NCBI GenBank assembly: GCA_964016885.1
Contig: CAXHJY010001138.1
Location: forward strand, 1-63,738
Source: Eledone cirrhosa
Taxonomy: Eukaryota
Direction: 5' to 3'
Length of the DNA stretch: 63,738 nucleotides
Below are positions 11,867-24,325 of this stretch, in pieces; positions within the stretch are counted from its first letter, which is position 1, and every line of letters begins with the position of its first letter. The notes beneath the pieces are model-generated. The model was not told the DNA's origin. It was given only the letters and a program-made list of their open reading frames with translations, and ran no database searches. The position numbers and the translations under genes are program-made.

Positions 11867-14250
11867 CATCTTCATCATCATCATCACCGTTTTACGTCCG
11901 TTCTTCCACGCTAGCATGGGTTAGACGGGTTGTCCTGTTGTGGGCAGTGTCTGGTCGCCTGACCATGCCTTGCTCATACAGGAACTGATCTGGCTTGATT
12001 TCTACAGCTGGATGCCCTTCCTAACACCAACCTCATTTACAGTGAGTGCTGGGTGCTTTTTCGTGGCACCTACACGTCCACTTTACAGTGTGGGCTGGGT
12101 GCTTTTTTGCCGTAGCACCTCCATGACCACCTTGCAGTGGGGGGTGTGGGGGAATATTGTCTATATGCTTCAGCTTGTACCCATGGGAGGTCGGGTACTC
12201 TGTATTACTGCGTGACGCCAGAGGTCACGGTCGTGTGTCATCGCCTTTGAGAGGTGTAATTGGGTAAGGTCGGCTTTTATCACCTCATCCCAGGTCATCT
12301 TGGGTCTCCCCACTCCGCGGTTTCCATCGACTTCTAGTGCTCTGCACCTTTTTATGCAGCTGTCATCCTTCATACGCATCACATGTCCATACCAATGCAA
12401 CCGCCTCTCCTGCACACAGCATTTGATTCCTCTTATGCTCAGTCTCTCTCTCAATTCATTTATGCTTTGTCGTTCGCGTATATTACTATTACACATCCAT
12501 CGGAGCATGCAGGCTTCGTTTCTCTCTAATCTACGTAAGTCTTCCACCTTCAGCGCCCAGGTCTCACTACCATGCAACATCGCTGTTCGGATACACGCAT
12601 CATACAGTCTGCCTTTCATTTTGAGGGAGAAGCCTTTTGCAGCTAGCAGTGGTAGTAGTTCCCTAAACTTCTTCCATCCCGTTCTTACCCTAGTTATTGT
12701 ACTTTCTGAACACCCACCTCCGCTGCTAATTCGGTCACCTAGGTAGCAGAAGCTGTCTACTGTTTCTACAGAGCCCTCCCAGAGATTGGTGGTACTTGTT
12801 TCCTGTGGCTGTTTGCTGCTTGCTGTCCCAGCACAGCTGCTGCATGTGAAGCCTACATTCTTAATTAAGCTTCCCTAGATCCCGCGACATCTCTTGTGTA
12901 CCCATTGTTTGCATTTTGGGCAGAGAATGGAGTTCCTACTTACACCTTTCCTACATACTGAGCAAGGCCATTTCCCTGAGGGGATCTAGGGTCTGTTTTC
13001 TCGTCTACTTACAAGGACCTTAGTCTTTGTCATGTTGACTTTGAGACCCTTTCTTTCTAGTCCCTGCTTCCAAGTTTGGAATTTCTTCTCTAGTTCTACC
13101 ATAGATTCAGCTATAAGTGCGAGGTCATCAGCATACAGGAGTTCCCATGGGCATCCGGTCTTAAACTCCTCCGTTATTGCCTGCAGGACTATGATGAACA
13201 AGAGGGGGTTAAGAACAGAGCCCTGGTGGACCCCATTCATCTACTCCTAGTTTTCTAAGAGCCCACCAGATTACAGCACGTGGAACTCTGTCAAAGGCTT
13301 TCTCAAGACCGACAAATGCCAGGTAGAGTGGCTTACTTTTAGCTAGGTACTTTTCCTGTAACTGCCTCACAAGGAAGAGGGCATCAGTGGTGCCTCTTCC
13401 TGGTACAAACCCAAATTGCATCTTGTCTAGTTTCACCCGGTCCCTAATCAACTGTGCTATAACTCTTTCTGTTACCTGGTCCATCAGCTTTATACCTCTA
13501 TAGTTTCCTCTATCTAGTGCATCACCTTTACCTTTGTAGCAGTTGACAATGATGCTACTGCACCAATCTTTTGGTATGACACCTTCTAGTATTACCTGGT
13601 TAACAATACGTGTGGTTATAGTGTGACCTACAGACCCAGATGCCTTCAGCATCTCGGCAGCTATACCCGATGGACCGGTTGCCTTCCCCATCTTCATATC
13701 TTTGATTGCCTTACTTACTACGCTGCTGCTGACTTGTACTGCTGGCCCCTCTATAGGGTCTACTTGGGGTAGGGTCTCTTCTTCCCATGCATTCTCCTCA
13801 TTTAGTAATCTATCATAATGACTTTTCCATGCATCTTTCTTCTCAGCACTTGTGAGAGCAAGCTCACCTTTATCATTCCGGATACACTTCTCTCCAATGA
13901 CATCACAATTCTCTGACACACTGCCTCGCAATCTTGAACACCTCCTGTTTCTGGTCCTCACGTTGCAAACATGCTTGAATTTTCTATCCTCTGCTTCCCG
14001 CCTAGCTAATTATACTTGTCGCCTAGCTTCCCTCTTGGTCTCTATGTAATGTACCCTGCTCCCCCCGTTCTTCCATTCTTTCCATGCCTGTCTCTTGGCC
14101 TTAACTGCAGTGTTTACCTACGTGTCCGTTAAAATCTCCTGCGATGATTAGGAAGTCCTTGTCGTCTGTTAGAGCAGTAGTGTGCATTAGGGACTCGTAA
14201 AACCTATCCTTAAGTTCGTCTGGCAACCCCGATTGGGTGCGTAAGATGAT
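11867..14250 (-). mobile_element. RTE-clade LINE with internal deletions
   Basis: (GAT)n tail at the left. RT pieces at 12170-12619, 12986-13240 and 13209-13961, endonuclease piece ([10 protein letters not shown]) near 14110-14250. Deletions near 13230 and 14100. PHD remnant near 12840-12980. Confidence 0.93.
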
Positions 14251-14267
14251 ATTATTGTGGTAATTGT

Positions 14268-15026
<759 letters not shown>

Positions 15027-15357
15027 CTAGCAGATTTACCCGGCGTTGCTCGGGGTTTGAAATTATGCTAAGAATATACAGTAAAAGAACATTATTTGTC
15101 CCCAACCTGACAAAATAAGCAGTCTCTTATATAAGGATTGTCAATAAAGTTGGTTATCTCCCTTACATCAATTTTGATAGCGATTTTTTATTGCTCAACG
15201 TGGGTCGATTGGAAAAACTTTTGTGATGTGACCATCTTAGCGACCTGTGCAACGTGCACAGAAAATTTGGTCAAATTCGGTTAATAATTGTAAAAGCCTT
15301 AGCTATCGAAAGTTGTACATAGACACACACACATCCTCGCTTTTATATATATAAAGA
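15027..15357 (-). mobile_element. Non-autonomous Helitron-like element
   Basis: Minus strand begins TC and ends CTAG, inserted between A and T. GC hairpin CCCGGCGTTGCTCGGG lies about 10 nt from the CTAG end. Confidence 0.72.
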
Positions 15358-15360
15358 TTA

Positions 15361-15560
15361 CTAGATGAGGGCGGCCTCATCTTCTCCCTCTTTCTGTCAC
15401 AGTCTCTCTCTAAACAAATGACGTTTCCTTTTATTTCTATGTACATCTCTTTCACTTGGTGCTCCCCGTCTCTATAAAGATGAGGTGGACGTCATAACTT
15501 TCTATCTACCGCCTTCTGTCTCCTTAAAAACACAGTGTTCCCTCTCTCTATATAAAGTGT
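15361..15560 (-). mobile_element. Possible second Helitron-like 3' end in tandem with the previous element
   Basis: CTAG at 15361 followed by hairpin ATGAGG-GCGG-CCTCAT. The far boundary is uncertain. Confidence 0.4.
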
Positions 15561-15689
15561 GAAGGAGGGGCAGACAGTACTCTTATAGGGGCCAGTTACT
15601 ACAATGGTGTCATACAGGGAACATAGGTTTCGTTGGACTGCAGGGATAACTTGTTCAACTACAAGGGTAACAGCTCAGGTGAACAATAT

Positions 15690-16332
15690 TACACTACACA
15701 TAACTATGACGTCATATGAAGGATGTTACACTATCGATGATGTTATAAGAAGAATGCTATACTAACTATGACGTCATAGGAAGAATGTTGCACTGACTAT
15801 GACATCATATGAAGAATGATATACTAACTATGACGTCATAGGAAGAATGTTACACTGACTATGACGTCATATGAAGAATGGTGGACTAACTATGATGTCA
15901 CAAGAATGTTACACTGTGCTGTCATAAGAATGTTACACTATGACGTCATAAGAAGAATGTTACATTATGACGTCATATGAAGAATGTTACACCAGCTATG
16001 ACGTAATATAAACAATGTTACACTATGGCGTCATATAAAAAAGGTTACACTATGACGTCATATGAAGAATGTTACACTAACTATGACGTCATATAAACAA
16101 TGCAACACTGGCTATGACGTCATATAAAACAATGTTACACTAACTATGACGCCAAATGAAGAATGTTACACTACCTATGACGTCATATAAAGAATATTAC
16201 ACTATGACGTCATATAAACAATGCAACAGACTATGACGTCATATAAAACAATGTTGGAATATGACGTCATATGAAGAAAGTTACACTAGCTATGACGTCA
16301 TAAACAATGTTATACTAGCTATGACGTCATAG
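15690..16332. repeat. Minisatellite, 27-32 bp unit centred on palindrome TATGACGTCATA
   Basis: About 22 units of ACTATGACGTCATATGAAGAATGTTAC(ACTA); about 15 have a perfect TGACGTCA. Confidence 0.92.
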
Positions 16333-16356
16333 TCATTTAAAACCTAGCATCTTTTT

Positions 16357-16545
16357 ATAATTGTCTCTACTTTTGGCACAAGCCCAGCAAATACCCAGTG
16401 CATTACTGGTACTTTATTTTATCGACCCCGTAAGGATGAAAGGCAAAGTTAACCTCGGCGGGATTTGAACTCAGATCATAAAGGGACGTAACTATGCTAG
16501 AAAGCATGGCGTCCAACCCTCTACCGATACTGCCAATACACCGCC
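16357..16545 (-). mobile_element. tRNA-derived SINE with Meta-like central domain
   Basis: A box TGGCAGTATCGG, B box GAGTTCAAATCC, domain GCCTTTCATCCTTACGGGGTCGATAAAATAAAGTACCAG. Near-identical copies at 49838 and 56607. Confidence 0.87.
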
Positions 16546-16724
16546 CTGTTTATAATGGCTGTTATTTGAGGTCCGTTAGTTTCCAGTTATCATATGTTGA
16601 TGTTGAAGGATGTGTTTTACCAGGCATTACTTCCGGATATTTCTCCATATTTTGTGTAACCTCCCAAGATACAGGATGGAGTGAAATTAATATTTAATGC
16701 TCAGGTTGTAATATATAAGCACTA

Positions 16725-17005
16725 TTATCATCATCATCATCATCATCATACATTGGTTGTACCACACATTGCCTGGGTTGGACAGGTGTTTCTCAGTTCA
16801 GCATCTCTCCACTTGTCTCATTCCTTTGTCATCTCCTCTGTGACCTTCAGCAATCTGAGATCAGCTCTCACTTCATCCAGGTCGGCCTTCGTCTTCCTCC
16901 ACTGTGGTCTTCCTCAACTGAGATTTTCTGACAATTCTTCACCCAACAAACACCATCCTTGTTCATCACATGTCTGTACCAGCACAGTCTCCTCTCCTGC
17001 ATACT
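16725..17005 (-). mobile_element. Divergent RTE 3' fragment
   Basis: (GAT)n tail. Minus strand encodes QERRLCWYRHVM and a GRRRPTWMK-like RTE C-terminus. Confidence 0.7.
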
Positions 17006-17180
17006 AAGACAGACATATATATATATATATGTATAAAGACATGAACGAGACCGCTGTGTATATGGCAGCTACAACTTCCATTCATACCTAATAAGATTAT
17101 ATATATATATATATATATGTATATGTATATATATAATGAAGGAAATGTGGTAAGGATGTGGTATATATATATTACTTACA

Positions 17181-17212
<32 letters not shown>

Positions 17213-17460
17213 AGCCAAAGCTGAAACATAGAGACACACCCCACTCCAGACCACCACACCAACACCACCCACTCCACTCCACCCCACCCTAGACCACCAC
17301 ATCAACCACCCACATAATATACCACCCTACCTCACCACACCACCCCGCCCACATCATACATACACTCCAACCCCCACCTCACCTGTAATGTCACAAACTT
17401 TAATCATTTAACACTGTTACATGGTTCACTGCTTTCCTTTCTCTTTCACTGAAAATACAG

Positions 17461-20400
17461 ACATACTCTTTCACAACAACAACAATGACATACTCTTTCA
17501 CAGCAACAACAACAACATACTCTTTCACAACAACAACAACAACATACTCTTTCACAGCAACAACAACAACATACTCTTTCACAACAACGACAACATACTC
17601 TTTCACAGCAACAACAACATACTCTTTCAAAACAACAACAACATCATACTCTTTCAAAACAACAACAACAACATACTCTTTCACAACAACAACAACATAC
17701 TCTTTCACAACAACATACTCTTTCACAACAACAACAACATACTCTTTCACAACAACAACAACAACATACTCTTTCACAACAACGACAACGACATACTCTT
17801 TCTCAACAACAACATACTCTTTCACAACAAAAACAACATACTCTTTCACAACAACAACAACAACATACTCTTTCACAACAACAACATACTCTTTCACAAC
17901 AACAACATACTCTTTCACAACAACAACGACATACTCTTTCACAACAACAACAACATACTCTTTCACAGCAACAACAACGCATTACTCTTTCACAACAACA
18001 ACAACATACTCTTTCACAACAACAACATACTCTTTCACAACAACAACAACATACTCTTTCACAACAACCACATACTCTTTCACAACAACAACATACTCTT
18101 TCACAACAACAACATACTCTTTCACAACAACGACATACTCTTTCACAACAACAACATACTCTTTCACAACAACAACATACACTTTCACAACAACAACAAC
18201 ATACTCTTTCACAACAACAACAACGACATACTCTTTCACAACAACAACAACGACATACTCTTTCACAACAACAACAACATACTCTTTCACAACAAAAACA
18301 ACAACAACAACATACTCTTTCACAACAACGACATACTCTTTCACAACAACAACAACATACTCTTTCACATCAACAACATACTCTTTCACAACAACAACAA
18401 CATACTCTTTCACAACAACAACATACTATTTCACAACAACAACATACTCTTTCACAACAACAACAACGACATACTCTTTCACAACAACAACATACTCTTT
18501 CACAACAACAACATACTCTTTCACATCAACAACAACGACATACTCTTTCACAACAACAACAACATACTCTTTCACAACAACAACAACATCATACTCTTTC
18601 ACAACAACAGCAACAACATACTCTTTCACAACAACAACAACAACATACTCTTTCACAGCAACATACTCTTTCACAACAACATACTCATTCACAACAACAA
18701 CATACTCTTTCACAACAACAACATACTCTTTCACAACAACAACATACTCTTTCACAACAACAACATACTCTTTCACAACAACATACACTTTCACAACAAC
18801 AACAACAACATACTCTTTCACAACAACAACATACTCTTTCACAACAAAAACATACTCTTTCACAACAACAACAATAACATACTCTTTCACAACAACAACA
18901 TACTCTTTCACAACAACGACATACTCTTTCACAACAACAACATACTCTTTCACAACAACAACATACACTTTCACAACAACAACAACATACTCTTTCACAA
19001 CAACAACAACGACATACTCTTTCACAACAACAACAACGACATACTTTTTCACAACAACAACAACATACTCTTTCACAACAACAACAACAACATACTCTTT
19101 CACAACAACGACATACTCTTTCATAACAACAACAACATACTCTTTCACATCAACAACATACTCTTTCACAACAACAACAACATACTCTTTCACAACAACA
19201 ACATACTATTTCACAACAACAACATACTCTTTCACAACAACAACAACGACATACTCTTTCACAACAACAACATACTCTTTCACAACAACAACATACTCTT
19301 TCACATCAACAACAACGACATACTCTTTCACAACAACAACAACATACTCTTTCACAACAACAACAACAACATACTCTTTCACAACAACAACATACTCTTT
19401 CACAACAACAACAACATACTCTTTCACAACAACCACATACTCTTTCACAACAACAACATACTCTTTCACAACAACAACATACTCTTTCACAACAACGACA
19501 TACTCTTTCACAACAACAACATACTCTTTCACAACAACAACATACACTTTCACAACAACAACAACATACTCTTTCACAACAACAACAACGACATACTCTT
19601 TCACAACAACAACAACGACATACTCTTTCACAACAACAACAACATACTCTTTCACAACAAAAACAACAACAACAACATACTCTTTCACAACAACGACATA
19701 CTCTTTCACAACAACAACAACATACTCTTTCACATCAACAACATACTCTTTCACAACAACAACAACATACTCTTTCACAACAACAACAACAACATACTCT
19801 TTCACAACAACAACATACTCTTTCACAACAACAACATACTCTTTCACAACAACAACGACATACTCTTTCACAACAACAACAACATACTCTTTCACAGCAA
19901 CAACAACGCATTACTCTTTCACAACAACAACAACATACTCTTTCACAACAACAACATACTCTTTCACAACAACAACAACATACTCTTTCACAACAACCAC
20001 ATACTCTTTCACAACAACAACATACTCTTTCACAACAACAACATACTCTTTCACAACAACGACATACTCTTTCACAACAACAACATACTCTTTCACAACA
20101 ACAACATACACTTTCACAACAACAACAACATACTCTTTCACAACAACAACAACGACATACTCTTTCACAACAACAACAACGACATACTCTTTCACAACAA
20201 CAACAACATACTCTTTCACAACAAAAACAACAACAACAACATACTCTTTCACAACAACGACATACTCTTTCACAACAACAACAACATACTCTTTCACATC
20301 AACAACATACTCTTTCACAACAACAACAACATACTCTTTCACAACAACAACATACTATTTCACAACAACAACATACTCTTTCACAACAACAACAACGACA

Positions 20401-23400
20401 TACTCTTTCACAACAACAACATACTCTTTCACAACAACAACATACTCTTTCACATCAACAACAACGACATACTCTTTCACAACAACAACAACATACTCTT
20501 TCACAACAACAACAACATCATACTCTTTCACAACAACAGCAACAACATACTCTTTCACAACAACAACAACAACATACTCTTTCACAGCAACATACTCTTT
20601 CACAACAACATACTCATTCACAACAACAACATACTCTTTCACAACAACAACATACTCTTTCACAACAACAACATACTCTTTCACAACAACAACATACTCT
20701 TTCACAACAACATACACTTTCACAACAACAACAACAACATACTCTTTCACAACAACAACATACTCTTTCACAACAAAAACATACTCTTTCACAACAACAA
20801 CAATAACATACTCTTTCACAACAACAACATACTCTTTCACAACAACGACATACTCTTTCACAACAACAACATACTCTTTCACAACAACAACATACACTTT
20901 CACAACAACAACAACATACTCTTTCACAACAACAACAACGACATACTCTTTCACAACAACAACAACGACATACTTTTTCACAACAACAACAACATACTCT
21001 TTCACAACAACAACAACAACATACTCTTTCACAACAACGACATACTCTTTCATAACAACAACAACATACTCTTTCACATCAACAACATACTCTTTCACAA
21101 CAACAACAACATACTCTTTCACAACAACAACATACTATTTCACAACAACAACATACTCTTTCACAACAACAACAACGACATACTCTTTCACAACAACAAC
21201 ATACTCTTTCACAACAACAACATACTCTTTCACATCAACAACAACGACATACTCTTTCACAACAACAACAACATACTCTTTCACAACAACAACAACAACA
21301 TACTCTTTCACAACAACAACATACTCTTTCACAACAACAACAACATACTCTTTCACAACAACCACATACTCTTTCACAACAACAACATACTCTTTCACAA
21401 CAACAACATACTCTTTCACAACAACGACATACTCTTTCACAACAACAACATACTCTTTCACAACAACAACATACACTTTCACAACAACAACAACATACTC
21501 TTTCACAACAACAACAACGACATACTCTTTCACAACAACAACAACGACATACTCTTTCACAACAACAACAACATACTCTTTCACAACAAAAACAACAACA
21601 ACAACATACTCTTTCACAACAACGACATACTCTTTCACAACAACAACAACATACTCTTTCACATCAACAACATACTCTTTCACAACAACAACAACATACT
21701 CTTTCACAACAACAACATACTATTTCACAACAACAACATACTCTTTCACAACAACAACAACGACATACTCTTTCACAACAACAACATACTCTTTCACAAC
21801 AACAACATACTCTTTCACATCAACAACAACGACATACTCTTTCACAACAACAACAACATACTCTTTCACAACAACAACAACATCATACTCTTTCACAACA
21901 ACAGCAACAACATACTCTTTCACAACAACAACAACAACATACTCTTTCACAGCAACATACTCTTTCACAACAACATACTCATTCACAACAACAACATACT
22001 CTTTCACAACAACAACATACTCTTTCACAACAACAACATACTCTTTCACAACAACAACATACTCTTTCACAACAACATACACTTTCACAACAACAACAAC
22101 AACATACTCTTTCACAACAACAACATACTCTTTCACAACAACAACATACTCTTTCACAACAAAAACATACTCTTTCACAACAACAACAATAACATACTCT
22201 TTCACAACAACAACATACTCTTTCACAACAACGACATACTCTTTCACAACAACAACATACTCTTTCACAACAACAACATACACTTTCACAACAACAACAA
22301 CATACTCTTTCACAACAACAACAACGACATACTCTTTCACAACAACAACAACGACATACTTTTTCACAACAACAACAACATACTCTTTCACAACAACACC
22401 AACAACATACTCTTTCACAACAACGACATACTCTTTCATAACAACAACAACATACTCTTTCACAACAACAACAACATACTCTTTCACAACAACAACAACA
22501 TCATACTCTTTCACAACAACAGCAACAACATACTCTTTCACAACAACAACATACTCTTTCACAACAACAACAACGACATACTCTTTCACAACAACGACAT
22601 ACTCTTTCACAACAACAACAACATACTCTTTCAAAACAACAACAACATACTCTTTCACAACAACAACAACAACATACTCTTTCACAACAACAACAACATA
22701 CTCTTTCACAACAACAACAACATACTCTTTCACAGCAACAACATACTTTTCACAACAACAACAACATACTCTTTCACAACAACAACGTACTCTTTCACAA
22801 CAACAACAACATACTCTTTCACAATAACAACATACTCTTTCACAGCAACAACAACATACTCTTTCACAACAACAACAACAACAACATACTCTTTCACAAC
22901 AACAACATACTCTTTCACAACAACAACATACACTTTCACAGCAACAACAACATACTCTTTCACAACAACAACATACTCTTTCACAACAACATACACTTTC
23001 ACAACAACAACAACGACATACTCTTTCATAACAACAATAACATACTCTTTCACAACAACAACAACAACATACTCTTTCACAACAACAACATACTCTTTCA
23101 CAACAACAACAACGACATACTCTTTCACAACAACAACATACTCTTTCACAACAACAACAACGACATACTCTTTCACAACAACTACATACTCTTTCACAAC
23201 AACAACAACATACTCTTTCAAAACAACAACAACATACTCTTTCACAACAACAACAACAACATACTCTTTCACAACAACAACAACATACTCTTTAACAACA
23301 ACAACAACATACTCTTTCACAACAACAACGACATACTCTTTCACAACAACAACAACATACTCTTTCACAACAACAACATACTCTTTCACAACAACAACGA

Positions 23401-23918
23401 CATACTCTTTCACAACAACAACAACAACAACATACTCGTTCACAACAACAACAACATACTCTTTCACAATAACAACATACTCTTTCACAACAACAACATA
23501 CTCTTTCACAGCAACAACAACATACTCTTTCACAACAACAACACCATACTCTTTCACAACAACAACAACGACATACTCTTTCACAACAACATACTCTTTC
23601 ACAACAACAACATACTCTTTCACAACAACAGCAACAACATACTCTTTCACAACAACAACATACTCTTTCACAACAACAACAACAACAACAACAACATACT
23701 CATTTCTCAACAACAACATACTCTTTCACAACAACAACATTCTCTTTCGCAACAACAACAACAACATACTCTTTCACAACAACAACAACATACTCTTTCA
23801 CAACAACAACAACAACATACTCTTTCACAACAACAACAACATACTCACAACAACAACATACTCTTTCACAACAACAACATACTCACAACAACCTCTTTCA
23901 CAGCAATAACAACAACAA
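17461..23918. repeat. 6.4-kb compound satellite CATACTCTTTCA(CAA)n
   Basis: A 12-bp anchor plus a variable number of CAA. Variant markers recur at a 1929-bp offset. Confidence 0.97.
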
Positions 23919-23924
23919 TGGGAT

Positions 23925-24010
23925 CTGATTTAGTCACAAGGCCAGCAACTTGGGGGGAGGGGTCAATTAAGTCGAATTAGTGTGTTACTGGTACTCTATT
24001 CTATTGACTT
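23925..24010 (-). mobile_element. 3' fragment of Meta-type SINE
   Basis: CACAAGGCCAGCAA...TTACTGGTACTCTATT resembles the SINE 3' end at 16376-16425. Confidence 0.5.
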
Positions 24011-24325
24011 TGTAACTTCGTAAAGCCCATCTCCCCAACATCATCCACTTCAGTAAGAGACTGAAGGATTGATCCAAACAAGATATTCCAACAAATAACT
24101 ATGAAGTCAATATCATAGAGTATGTCACCCGAGTGGCTAAAACAACTAGAAACCATTGATCATATAATTTCAATGTCTTTTAGCGCCAACTGAATACCCT
24201 AACCCTTTAGCATTTAAACTGGCTGTAACAGGCCACTCATACTGATTTTAAGGTATTATTCTTAAAATAAATATCAAATATCAGGTAAGATTTACCTCAT
24301 ATAGAAATCAGCGGCTAGAAGTTTG

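Noticed and set aside
15575-15680. Weak resemblance of a minus-strand peptide (LCSLYDTIVVTG) to a Gypsy RT YLDD motif
   Set aside because: The catalytic DD is absent and no other LTR-element motifs are nearby.
15690-16332. CRISPR-like appearance (palindromic repeat with variable spacing)
   Set aside because: Spacers are homologous to each other, the context is eukaryotic and no cas genes are present. The same applies to the 45098 and 50289 arrays.
17421-23909. 2162-aa and 1780-aa ORFs (NNNILFH / TTTYSF repeats)
   Set aside because: Translation of a 12+3n satellite that lacks stops in several frames on both strands; frame switches midway; no unique domain.
24010-24150. Possible minus-strand exon (HSGDILYDIDF...)
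   Set aside because: Short, no convincing donor site and no homology recognisable by eye.
24200-24300. TAACCCTTTAGCATT, similar to a piggyBac-type terminal repeat
   Set aside because: No matching opposite end or TTAA duplication was found.
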